Translations under genes and position numbers: made by a program | Virus record (IMG/VR): IMGVR_UViG_3300025382_000733 | Span: 1 to 24,414 of that record | Strand: one strand, 5' to 3' | Origin: a virus | Taxonomy: Duplodnaviria > Caudoviricetes | DNA length: 24,414 nt | Shown: one piece after another, positions 7,606 through 16,438 of the stretch | How the letters are laid out: each line of letters opens with the position of its first letter | How positions within the stretch are numbered: the first letter of the stretch is position 1 | The notes under the pieces: generated by a model | What the model saw: the letters and a program-made list of their open reading frames with translations, nothing else | Told to the model about the DNA's origin: nothing | The model's database searches: none

Positions 7606-8507
7606 TATAGGTTATCTAAACCTGCCAAGATATCCATTACCTTTTCGTCATTAGTAGTAACTGGTTCTGCTTTAGCGACTGCTTTTGCCGGAGCTGCCTT
7701 AGGAGCAGGAGTATCATATGGTACATCTTCTTCCTCTTCTACAGGAGCAGCTGCAGGAGCTGATTCAGCAGAAGCACCAAAATAATGCTCGTCAATAAAT
7801 GCTTTAATCTCATCGTTAGATTTACGATCTACAAACGTATTTAAATCATAAATACCGTTATATATATCTTGAATCTTAGATTCATCTAAACCATCAATTG
7901 CAGATGCATTTAAGAACTTAGAAGACGTATAGGTTGGGTACTTAGGTGCACCTGGCTTATCAGATACTAACTCTACTTTAATACGTAGGTTACATCCTTC
8001 GTCACTTAGATCAAAGATCTTAGCACCGAACTCTTCTGAATCGTCCCCATTGATAGCAGATTGAATAATCTTATCTAACTGCTTACCATATCGTAATACT
8101 TTAATAGTACCGTTGTTTTCTGGCTTCTTAGGATCGTTTACTACATAAACGTTTACTAACCAGTTTTCTTTACGACGTAAGTTAGCTTTAGCGCGTTCTT
8201 TTTCTGCGTCTGAACCGTCACGAAGTACCTTAAAGTACAATTCACTTACAGGGCAACGATCACCCCAAGTAGAAGGAGAAGTAATGCTAGCGTATTGACC
8301 GGTAGCAATGCTATTCCAACCATGATGATAATAATGAAGAATAGTTTCTTCTGGGTTCTTAATATTAGGTAATAAACGTACTACGTAAGGCTTTTCACCA
8401 GGTTCTAGTGAAAGGATATTACGATATGCTGAACTACCGGTTTTTGTCTTTGCTTTGTCTAAAGCACTTTTAATGCTTTCAAACATATTTGAGTTATAAG
8501 GTTTCAT
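7605..8507 (-). CDS. gp32: Single-stranded DNA-binding protein, T4 gp32-like
   Basis: VVRLLP, CPVSE, NVYVVNDPKKPENNG, IFDLSDEGCNLRIK, YTSSKF, acidic C-terminal tail. Confidence 0.93.
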   Translation of the reverse strand: MKPYNSNMFESIKSALDKAKTKTGSSAYRNILSLEPGEKPYVVRLLPNIKNPEETILHYYHHGWNSIATGQYASITSPSTWGDRCPVSELYFKVLRDGSDAEKERAKANLRRKENWLVNVYVVNDPKKPENNGTIKVLRYGKQLDKIIQSAINGDDSEEFGAKIFDLSDEGCNLRIKVELVSDKPGAPKYPTYTSSKFLNASAIDGLDESKIQDIYNGIYDLNTFVDRKSNDEIKAFIDEHYFGASAESAPAAAPVEEEEDVPYDTPAPKAAPAKAVAKAEPVTTNDEKVMDILAGLDNL

Positions 8508-8522
8508 ATTGAATGATATGTT

Positions 8523-8550
8523 ATATTAGTATGTTATTATTTTTTATCAA
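8523..8550 (-). promoter_or_regulatory. Putative promoter of gp32
   Basis: TTGATA-N16-TAATAT, 15 nt before ATG. Confidence 0.6.
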
Positions 8551-9181
8551 GTGAAATGTCATTTATTCTTTTGAATGCTTCTAAAATTATTTTTTTAGCT
8601 TTGGATGAATTGTTTAATCTAAGTTTGTATTTAACGATATCATTAGCAATACTCTTAAGGTACAATTCTTTGTCTTGTACATGTAATTCATTAAAAATAC
8701 TATCAAAACTAGGCAACGCTAGCAACACATAAAGATTGAGCTTTTTATTAATGTAATCCTCTAAGCATCTCCATGTATATCCAGATTTAGATTTACTATA
8801 GGTGTTTAATGATATCTTTTCATTAACACATATAGAAGCAACATGCTTTAAAGAATCCAGGATATGTTTAATGTGGCCTTCAGTATCGGGTAATTCTTCT
8901 TGTCTCTGTTTTTGTAGCAAAGAATAGCAACTGATGGCTTTTTGCGTGAGGTAGAAGTTGAGTGGGAAGTGTTCTTCGTCTTTGTAGATGACATAGGGTG
9001 CTAGTAAAAAGTCTCTGATATTTATTTGCGGGAAGCGCTTAAAGAACATATCTAAGCGTAAACAAAGAATTCCATCCGGTGTTTTATCAAAACCGTTAAA
9101 ATCTTTACGTGCTTTCCAGGGCTTGTTCATATGCCCTCTAGATACGCTTAAATATGTATTATAAACTTGTTCAACGCTCAT
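8537..9181 (-). CDS. Probable divergent gp59-like helicase loader
   Basis: 214 aa, directly upstream of gp32 as in T4; N-terminal VYNTYL...HMN resembles gp59 as I recall it. Confidence 0.5.
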   Translation of the reverse strand: MSVEQVYNTYLSVSRGHMNKPWKARKDFNGFDKTPDGILCLRLDMFFKRFPQINIRDFLLAPYVIYKDEEHFPLNFYLTQKAISCYSLLQKQRQEELPDTEGHIKHILDSLKHVASICVNEKISLNTYSKSKSGYTWRCLEDYINKKLNLYVLLALPSFDSIFNELHVQDKELYLKSIANDIVKYKLRLNNSSKAKKIILEAFKRINDISLDKK

Positions 9182-9189
9182 TTAATGAG

Positions 9190-9486
9190 CTATGATTTTA
9201 ATATCTTTCTCACAACTTTGCTACGGCAAAGGTTAGAATTATACTTTAAAAATAGCAATATTGCCTCTCGCTCGCTATCCGTATCGGTTAGTTCCATAAA
9301 AATCTTACGATAGGATTTATTCTTAACTATAAAAGAAAATATGGTAACGTTATTAAGTTTTTTATTGTGTATAACAGAACAAAACGCTCCGAATTTAATC
9401 AGTTCAATTTCTAGTTCATCCCGAGCCAACTGGCTGATCGGGTTTTCTATTACTGCTTCTTGTAATGCTCCTACTATACCAGACAT
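9190..9486 (-). CDS. Hypothetical protein
   Basis: 98-aa ORF starting 1 nt after the DHH gene stop. Confidence 0.75.
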   Translation of the reverse strand: MSGIVGALQEAVIENPISQLARDELEIELIKFGAFCSVIHNKKLNNVTIFSFIVKNKSYRKIFMELTDTDSEREAILLFLKYNSNLCRSKVVRKILKS

Positions 9487-9487
9487 A

Positions 9488-10399
9488 TTATGCTAGTGGT
9501 GTAAGAAGTTTGGTGAAATTCAAGAATGCCTCTGTTACTTTTCCACCCGCTGCATATTCGTGACCTCCCCCATCACATAACTTTGCAGCTAACTTTGATA
9601 AGTCTACTTCACATTTTTTATTTTTGCGGAACGATACGTGTGAGTTATCCGAGTTGACAAAGAATACAATGTCAGCTGGGTGGGTGTTTAATATATGATC
9701 GCAAATTTCGTTAACAAATTTATTACCGTGAGTACCGTATACTGTACGTTCTTTTCCTGCTACGGGTACCTTACCTGTGAATATTTGTAGCTCGGATATA
9801 GTTTTATTTTTACGACCTACAAACTCTTTAATAATAGCTTTTTCTTGTTTAGAAAAAGGTATAAAACCGTTAAAGTACTTTTCTAAAAATATTTCTGCAC
9901 GTTGTTTTGTAGATGTCTTTTGAGTGTTAGTGTAAAGACAATTTAGTTCATACGATTCTGGTAATTTAAATTGATAACAATCGTAATCATCTGCAAGAGC
10001 GATAAAATACTTCTGTTCTGGTTTTAATTTAACTTTGTCTTTGTATGTATTATAAAGTAATTTTGCACAGCTTGTTGTTTCAACAACAGTGGTTTTAGCA
10101 TTCTTGTATACCTCTAGTGCTTTAACATGGGTGAGGTGATGATCTATAATCTCTATGTTCTTTCTATCTATTAAATCTGCATGCTTAGAAATATCTAAGT
10201 CAAGAATATAAATCTTATCAAAATCATTAATGTTGTTTTGATCTAACCAGTTTAAGAACTCTCTACGAAAGTTTGATACAGTGGTTGTTTTAAAAGCAAT
10301 TTGGCCAGGCTTAGCACCAAGTGCCCAATGTAACATCGTTAACGAGGCAACTCCGTCTAAATCAAAATCGGTAAAAACGTATATCTTGTTAAAGCTCAC
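9488..10399 (-). CDS. DHH/DHHA1 family phosphoesterase
   Basis: DFDLDG, ILDL, IIDHH, SFR and GGGHEYAAG motifs. Confidence 0.92.
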   Translation of the reverse strand: MSFNKIYVFTDFDLDGVASLTMLHWALGAKPGQIAFKTTTVSNFRREFLNWLDQNNINDFDKIYILDLDISKHADLIDRKNIEIIDHHLTHVKALEVYKNAKTTVVETTSCAKLLYNTYKDKVKLKPEQKYFIALADDYDCYQFKLPESYELNCLYTNTQKTSTKQRAEIFLEKYFNGFIPFSKQEKAIIKEFVGRKNKTISELQIFTGKVPVAGKERTVYGTHGNKFVNEICDHILNTHPADIVFFVNSDNSHVSFRKNKKCEVDLSKLAAKLCDGGGHEYAAGGKVTEAFLNFTKLLTPLA

Positions 10400-10405
10400 T
10401 ATTAT

Positions 10406-11767
10406 CTATTTAACCGGTTGTTTAATTTTTTCCAGCTTATTTTCTAGTTCTTCTAGTTCATCTAAACCACCGTGGGATTTCTTATTAATTACACCGGAAA
10501 GATCAGTATTTTCAGTTAATGATAAAGTAGTATAGTCAATGCGCATTTCTGTAGCACCATGTTTAGGTCCTAAACGGTTCTTAATACCACCTACCTTAAT
10601 TACACCAAGCTCTTGATCGCCTTCTTCTTGATAGATAGACCAAACAACGTCTGCAGTAAATGCTACACCTAGAGATTCACTTACGGTATCCAGACTTGGC
10701 TTTTCCATACCTTCGCGGTTAGTTTGAATAGCACTAACTACGGGCATATTAAAGAAGTATGATAAAGCTCTTAATTCTTCTGCAGCTACCTTACCCTGTT
10801 CATAAGAGTTCTCACCTTGTGATGCCTTTATTAGTCCAAGATAGTCTATAACGAGTATATCCGGTTTTATCCCAGACTTTACTAAAGACTCAAGATAAGC
10901 CTTAATACCTGCTACAGCAATGGATTTCGGTGGGAATTCTTTAATGATTAGTTTACGCTTCTTACTTTCTGAAACATCTTTAAAATAAGCATCTAATGAT
11001 GATATCTGATCTTGGATATTGTTAATAGGTATTTTTGAGAGATGACTACTAATACGTTTAGCATACATCATCTCGGGCATTTCAAGAGATATAAGCACAG
11101 TAGTTAAACCTCTATTAGCCATATTAGCTGCTACATTACCTAAGAAGATAGATTTACCCACATTAGTTGGTCCTAAGAATAGATAAAGTGCTCTACCGTT
11201 CTTCATTAAACCACCGCCTATTTTTTCGTCAATAAAGTTCCAACCGGTAGGTATAGTTTCACTCTTTGTACCTAATTCTGTAATAATCTTTTCGTATTCA
11301 CCGAAAAAGTCTAAACCAATATCACTAACTAGTGAGATGTTACAAGCCTTTTCAAATAATGATAAGAACTTAGGGTAATCAGCTTTTTCTTTAGATACAT
11401 CATCTACTATCTTTAATACAGTATTGTATACAGCCTTTTCTTTAAAAAACTGTTCAGTATTAGCAATAAGCTCATCCATATTAAGAGCTGTATCATATTG
11501 CTTATACGTTGTAACTGTATCTTTAAATAGTTTTAGATCTTCTTCTTTACTGAGATAGGTTTTTATTTCAGTAATAGTAGGTAAAGCTTTACGTTTAACG
11601 TAAAAGTCTTTAATAATACCTACAACGAGTTTATTACCAGGGTTCTTAAAGTTCTCTGGTGATAAATGATCTAATACTAAAGAAGTATAGTAAGCATTAG
11701 TCAAACATTGACATGCTACAATGTTCTCAAAAAAATCGCTATTAACTTGAAGAGAGTTTTTCTTCAT
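10406..11767 (-). CDS. gp41: Replicative DnaB-like helicase (gp41)
   Basis: Walker A GPTNVGKS, ISLEM, IIKEFP, VIDYLGL, QTNR, SES, KNR. Confidence 0.95.
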   Translation of the reverse strand: MKKNSLQVNSDFFENIVACQCLTNAYYTSLVLDHLSPENFKNPGNKLVVGIIKDFYVKRKALPTITEIKTYLSKEEDLKLFKDTVTTYKQYDTALNMDELIANTEQFFKEKAVYNTVLKIVDDVSKEKADYPKFLSLFEKACNISLVSDIGLDFFGEYEKIITELGTKSETIPTGWNFIDEKIGGGLMKNGRALYLFLGPTNVGKSIFLGNVAANMANRGLTTVLISLEMPEMMYAKRISSHLSKIPINNIQDQISSLDAYFKDVSESKKRKLIIKEFPPKSIAVAGIKAYLESLVKSGIKPDILVIDYLGLIKASQGENSYEQGKVAAEELRALSYFFNMPVVSAIQTNREGMEKPSLDTVSESLGVAFTADVVWSIYQEEGDQELGVIKVGGIKNRLGPKHGATEMRIDYTTLSLTENTDLSGVINKKSHGGLDELEELENKLEKIKQPVK

Positions 11768-11773
11768 TCGTAC

Positions 11774-11801
11774 ATTATATATTATAAAATAAAAAAAGCT
11801 A
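11774..11801 (-). promoter_or_regulatory. Putative helicase promoter overlapping the terminator
   Basis: TAGCTT-N16-TATAAT, 6 nt before ATG. Confidence 0.45.
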
Positions 11802-11819
11802 AGGTTTCCCTTAGCTTTT
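11787..11819 (-). terminator. Intrinsic terminator after uvsX, possibly bidirectional
   Basis: AAAAGCTAAGG-GAAA-CCTTAGCTTTT followed by TTTATTTT. Confidence 0.85.
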
Positions 11820-11823
11820 CTTT

Positions 11824-12948
11824 TTATTCTTTTGTAAGCTCTTCAGCTTCTTCTAGAACTGGGTTACTTGTCCCGTACCCGACTTTCTCTTTAAGAGTCT
11901 GTTCAAGTACCGGTAGTACCTTATTATCCCAAAACTCGGTATCATTTTCCCAAGTCTTACGATAGCCGATCTTTTCACCATTGAACTGGAATGTAGCGCC
12001 AGTTTGCTGAATAACTCCAAACGCAACTGCCATATCAGCTAAGCCAGCATAGCGGCTTAAACCAGTACGGAAGTTATTGTATAGTTCTGCCTTTAAGAAA
12101 GCAGGTACAAAGCGGTTTTTAACTGTCATTGCTGATAATGTAACGCCACTTACGTTATGAGCTACTGCAATTGATTCTTGTCCCTCGTTCTTATCAATCT
12201 TCTCGTTTCTAGTCGCAAGCTGAACCAACAAAGAAGCAAGATAAATAGGGCCAGAGCCACCGGATTGCTTTTTAACCAATTCAGGATAGAGTGAAGTTGG
12301 GTTATCATAAATGTGATTAGTAAACAGAATAGGTACACGAGCCTTAGCTGCTTTAAAGGTTAAAGCGCGCATCATTGACTTCATTGCCTTAGCCTTAGTA
12401 CCCATATCTGCTGCATCCTTACCTTCAGTGACGTCGCGAAGCTCTTTAGCGCTTGCTAAGTTACCAAGACTATCAATAGCAATAATAACCTTTAAGTTAG
12501 GGTCATTAGCTGCAATAATCTTATCTAAGAATGTAGCAATTTGGTTACGACAATCTTCTACCGTCTCTACTGGGTAGTACTTTAAGCGTTTTGGATCAAT
12601 ACCAACACCTTCAGCAGATTGCTTATCTACTGCTGCTTCTGTATCCCAGACAGCAGCAAAGTAGCCTTTCTTTTGAGCGTTCGCAATGATCTTATTAACA
12701 ATAAGCGTCTTACCCGCACCGGAAGGCCCGGAAAAACCAGTAACCCTACCAACAGGAATACCCTTGTAAAGAGATCCAGAAAAGATAGCATTAAGCGCAT
12801 AAGAACCAGTGTCAATCCAGTCGCCTACAATGGAAAGAGAGTTATCATCTGAAAGCAAAGACGCATCTGCATTTAGTGCATCTACTGCTTCAAAGATATC
12901 TTTCATTGAAGAGGCTTTTGTCTCTTCGTTGTTAGATTTTTTTACCAT
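11824..12948 (-). CDS. uvsX: RecA-like recombinase UvsX
   Basis: IDTGSYALN, GPSGAGKT, DTEAA, IDSLGNL, DMG, FTNHIY, SGGSG, KNRF. Confidence 0.95.
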   Translation of the reverse strand: MVKKSNNEETKASSMKDIFEAVDALNADASLLSDDNSLSIVGDWIDTGSYALNAIFSGSLYKGIPVGRVTGFSGPSGAGKTLIVNKIIANAQKKGYFAAVWDTEAAVDKQSAEGVGIDPKRLKYYPVETVEDCRNQIATFLDKIIAANDPNLKVIIAIDSLGNLASAKELRDVTEGKDAADMGTKAKAMKSMMRALTFKAAKARVPILFTNHIYDNPTSLYPELVKKQSGGSGPIYLASLLVQLATRNEKIDKNEGQESIAVAHNVSGVTLSAMTVKNRFVPAFLKAELYNNFRTGLSRYAGLADMAVAFGVIQQTGATFQFNGEKIGYRKTWENDTEFWDNKVLPVLEQTLKEKVGYGTSNPVLEEAEELTKE

Positions 12949-12953
12949 ATAGA

Positions 12954-13304
12954 TTATTCGTCAAATAATTTAACTACAGGTGTATTTGAATTAGTTACCG
13001 GTGAGGTAGGTGTAGTTAAAAACATTTGAGTGTATTGTGCTTGTAAGTTATCTTCAACTTGAGCATCACTCATTGTAATACTAGACTTAGCATATGTCCA
13101 ATTTGGAAATTGATCACGGTTAGATGAAAATTCTCTAAAGAATAAAGGATAAAGCTGTACAGAGAGCTTTTTATCTTGAGTAGGAGATACGTTAAGGATA
13201 ACTGGTTTAGTAACAGTAATTGTTGTATCACTTTCTTCTACGAAAGTGGCAACAATGGTGCGTTGAATGCCGTCTAGGAATACGATAGTTTGGTCTTTAG
13301 TCAT
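12954..13304 (-). CDS. Hypothetical protein, possibly Sm/SH3-like beta barrel
   Basis: 116-aa ORF with beta-strand pattern IVATFVEESDTTITVTKPVIL. Confidence 0.75.
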   Translation of the reverse strand: MTKDQTIVFLDGIQRTIVATFVEESDTTITVTKPVILNVSPTQDKKLSVQLYPLFFREFSSNRDQFPNWTYAKSSITMSDAQVEDNLQAQYTQMFLTTPTSPVTNSNTPVVKLFDE

Positions 13305-13311
13305 ATAATTT

Positions 13312-13339
13312 ATATTAATATAGTTTTTGTTTTAATCAA
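13312..13339 (-). promoter_or_regulatory. Putative promoter, likely leaderless transcript
   Basis: TTGATT-N16-TAATAT, 7 nt before ATG. Confidence 0.6.
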
Positions 13340-13341
13340 GG

Positions 13342-14262
13342 TTATTGGCGAGGAAACTTAAAATAAGGGTGCTTTGCATTGATAAGATTTTTATCCAAGA
13401 GTTTTTTACTTGAAGCACGTGTTGGTACAATATCCCAACCACCACGACGTGCATAGAAGCAAGTTACTAATAGTTCATCTGGTTCTAGTAAGTCCCAAAG
13501 ACGTTTGTAAGCAGCTTCACAGATTTCTTCGTGGAAGTGACATTCATTACGGAATGACACGATCCATTCTAATAAAGACTTTTCTGTAACGGCCTTAGAA
13601 CCTTTATAGTAAATGAAAATATCGCCGGAATCTGGTTGCTTAGTAATCTTACAGTTAGAGCGTAACAAGGTACTCATACAACGATAAGAAACATCAGTAA
13701 TTTGATCGTTTACTTGTAGTAACTTTGCATCTTCATTAAATACAGTAAACTCAATCTTTTCTGCACCTTTAGTCTTTTCTAGTACAGGCCAGACTGTTTC
13801 ATCGTAATTTAACTGCCAGTTCATACGTTGACCGTCGTTTTCACCGTTTAATACTTGAGGAAATAGTTCTACCTTAACATCAGTCTCTAATAATAAAGAT
13901 AAGTCTTTAGAAGCTGTTTGCTTAATGTTCTTAAGTACTTCTTTAGTGTTCTTACCCATTTTCTGCATATTAAATGAGTTCCAGTATAGCTTCATTGACT
14001 TAGACTCTACAATGAAATCGTTTTCAGCAGAATAAACTACTTTAGCAACACAAGTAACGGGTAAACCGTTATCTGTTAATGCACTACATTCATAACCGTT
14101 CCAAATGTCGTAACCTACGAAAGGTAAGAAACCGTTCTTAAGATCAAGATGTGTACGGTTACGTTGGCGCTCTTCACGCACCAAAATCTCTGGTGTGTAA
14201 ATGGTAGGAGAGTCTACTCTCTGACCAAGTACTTTGTCAATATTATTAGTATTATAGCTCAT
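13342..14262 (-). CDS. queF: NADPH-dependent preQ0 reductase, bimodular QueF
   Basis: QueF motif ESKSMKLYWNSF, catalytic LRSNCKITKQPD, FHEEICE, YARRGG. Confidence 0.95.
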   Translation of the reverse strand: MSYNTNNIDKVLGQRVDSPTIYTPEILVREERQRNRTHLDLKNGFLPFVGYDIWNGYECSALTDNGLPVTCVAKVVYSAENDFIVESKSMKLYWNSFNMQKMGKNTKEVLKNIKQTASKDLSLLLETDVKVELFPQVLNGENDGQRMNWQLNYDETVWPVLEKTKGAEKIEFTVFNEDAKLLQVNDQITDVSYRCMSTLLRSNCKITKQPDSGDIFIYYKGSKAVTEKSLLEWIVSFRNECHFHEEICEAAYKRLWDLLEPDELLVTCFYARRGGWDIVPTRASSKKLLDKNLINAKHPYFKFPRQ

Positions 14263-14827
14263 TGGTGAAATCTTTCTTTATCTCTGTAATTACTTTATTA
14301 ACTCTTTCTTCTACTGTACCTGATACATAAACAAGTTTATCAGTAGGCATTGAAAAATGCTTAAGATAGAAATCAAACTGCTTTACAACTCCGTCAAAAA
14401 ACTCCTTACCTGTACTTCTTTCTCCATCATCTTTGATATCAAGTTCAGGTACTACGTAAAAAATCTTATCATAAACCTTTAGTAGTTCTTCGTAAACAGA
14501 TAAAGCTGCTTGATATACTTCTTTATTAACCTGTCCTTTTTCGTAAAAATAAGTAGTATATGCAATACCATCTAAAGCACCTCTATCTAGCACCCAGTTA
14601 CCCGGAGTTAAACCATACTCTAAATGTCTAGCCATTACCAAGTACTGAGTTAAAGAAGTACCACCTTCATTAATAGGTACATTTAAGTCTTTAAGACCTC
14701 TAGTTAAATTAGTTCTAAAAGAAAAATGACTGTCATTTAAAAACAAATCATTCTTTAGAGCTTTTACTAAAGTAGTTTTACCTTGTGAATGAGCACCGCA
14801 AATAGCAGCCTTATAGTTTGTTCTCAT
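14252..14827 (-). CDS. P-loop nucleotide kinase (AAA_28 / dNMP kinase-like)
   Basis: GAHSQGKTT, LDRGALD, lid DDGER. Confidence 0.8.
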   Translation of the reverse strand: MRTNYKAAICGAHSQGKTTLVKALKNDLFLNDSHFSFRTNLTRGLKDLNVPINEGGTSLTQYLVMARHLEYGLTPGNWVLDRGALDGIAYTTYFYEKGQVNKEVYQAALSVYEELLKVYDKIFYVVPELDIKDDGERSTGKEFFDGVVKQFDFYLKHFSMPTDKLVYVSGTVEERVNKVITEIKKDFTNEL

Positions 14828-15408
14828 AGTTTATTATTTAATAGGCTTTTGCACATAAAGCCAACCCAATTTTCAATAGCTAGCTTATGCAATCTTATGA
14901 TATAATCGTTTAGACTATTAAATTCTTTGTAAATACTTTCACTATAAAACTCTTTCTCTGACACTACTTTACCGGCATCTACTTCAGGTATTACTTCGTG
15001 AATAACATGCCCGTGTAGTTTATATGGCTTTTCAAAATGCTTGTACCATACTTTAGCTTGTGGGTCTTTACCTTTTAACTCAGGAAACTTAGTTATAAGA
15101 CCTGGATGCCCGTTGTATATCCTAAATCTACCGCAGATCTGTGGCGGTAGTATACGAAGATAACCGTGAAGTGTAATTATATCAGCATTTCTAATAGCTT
15201 CCCGATACTCTTCTACTGTCGGTTTCTTAGGTAAGAATATAAAACGATCAAAACATCTCTCTAGAAGATCAGGATTAATTTTATCCATATCTTCAATGTT
15301 TTTGTTAGTTATGATTGCATCCGGAAACCTACCGATATTTTTAGATATCTCATATATCTCAGATCCACTCTGAGAGAAAAATGTTTTCCAAATTAAGGTA
15401 CGTTTCAT
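14824..15408 (-). CDS. PurN-like formyltransferase; candidate preQ1 formyltransferase (DpdN-like)
   Basis: FFSQSGS, LHGYLRIL, catalytic NGHPGL and EVDAG. Confidence 0.85.
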   Translation of the reverse strand: MKRTLIWKTFFSQSGSEIYEISKNIGRFPDAIITNKNIEDMDKINPDLLERCFDRFIFLPKKPTVEEYREAIRNADIITLHGYLRILPPQICGRFRIYNGHPGLITKFPELKGKDPQAKVWYKHFEKPYKLHGHVIHEVIPEVDAGKVVSEKEFYSESIYKEFNSLNDYIIRLHKLAIENWVGFMCKSLLNNKL

Positions 15409-15635
15409 ATTTTTAAGCGATAACCTATTGTATTATCACTAAAGAAAATTACAAGTGTAAAGTCAACAATACCGTGTTTTATTAGGTAAGGTTTAACGTC
15501 TGCAAGTTCTCTTACCGGGAGTTCTTGATTACGAACACAATCCCAAAAACAATAATCCCTAATAGAAACATTATTTGCCAGGTAGTGGGGATAATTAGCA
15601 TATACAGAGTTGGTTATAGCTTCTAATGTTGTCAT
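15405..15635 (-). CDS. Hypothetical protein inside the modification operon
   Basis: 76 aa, ATGA overlaps on both sides. Confidence 0.7.
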   Translation of the reverse strand: MTTLEAITNSVYANYPHYLANNVSIRDYCFWDCVRNQELPVRELADVKPYLIKHGIVDFTLVIFFSDNTIGYRLKI

Positions 15636-16438
15636 CCATTAACGTAATTTCTAAACTCAATTAAATTATTTGCAATAATTCTTTCTTGTATTTCGTCTGG
15701 TACTACATCTAATAAATCTACAAGCTTAGTAGACTCCTTCTTCCAGTTACCAATAACATCAGAGTACCTTACTCTTTTAATACCGTGAACAATAGGAGAT
15801 GAAGTATCTAACGTTTCAATCCAGTTATATTCAGGACCTTGATAGAAACTAAACTCTCTAGGGTGTGCGCAACCTAGTAAATGGTGAGGTTTGTCTTTAT
15901 TAATAATACCATCGTTCATTAATTGAGTTAAAGTTATTACTCTACCCATCATATAAGATACCCATTTGTTAGGATGAGGGAATAGTTTGAGATAATAAGA
16001 GTAGTCAAATGAAATAGCTAACTTATCTACATCTATCTCTTGATCTAAAGTTACATAACATTTAACTAGCTCTGCGTAGGTTTTACCCTGTACTACACCA
16101 ATAGTTTTAGAATCGTTAACAAAGTCCCATTCTCTCCATAAGCATTTCTTGGCAGATTCAATCGTACCGTTGCAGTCTTCTAATACATCTGGTATAATAT
16201 ATTCTGTAGGGTTAAGTTTCTGTATCCAGTGTGCATAGCGTTTAGGATCAAAAGACTTAGACAATTCAAATATGCTATTATCTAATAAAACATGGCGGCC
16301 CATTTTAACACTATCTTCAAAGAACTTATAGTACTGTGGATGAGTCTCAAAAAGGTGTACAAGTGCATAGCAATAATCGTTGTATGTACGAGAGATCTCT
16401 AGCATGCTTAAGGGTGATTCGTGTGATATTTTAATCAT
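15632..16438 (-). CDS. TGT-fold transglycosylase-like protein, DpdA family candidate
   Basis: Ordered motifs LLDNS, IIPDV, GVVQG, HHLLG, LDTSSP parallel the TGT/DpdA TIM-barrel motifs; queF/folE context. Confidence 0.7.
   Translation of the reverse strand: MIKISHESPLSMLEISRTYNDYCYALVHLFETHPQYYKFFEDSVKMGRHVLLDNSIFELSKSFDPKRYAHWIQKLNPTEYIIPDVLEDCNGTIESAKKCLWREWDFVNDSKTIGVVQGKTYAELVKCYVTLDQEIDVDKLAISFDYSYYLKLFPHPNKWVSYMMGRVITLTQLMNDGIINKDKPHHLLGCAHPREFSFYQGPEYNWIETLDTSSPIVHGIKRVRYSDVIGNWKKESTKLVDLLDVVPDEIQERIIANNLIEFRNYVNG

Noticed and set aside
13342-14262. QueF-like amidinotransferase (archaeosine, dG+) interpretation
   Set aside because: The protein is bimodular and has the NADPH-binding QueF motif, which indicates preQ1
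14824-15408. Auxiliary purine-synthesis gene purN
   Set aside because: No other pur genes are present, and coupling to TGT-like and queF genes favours base modification; not formally excluded
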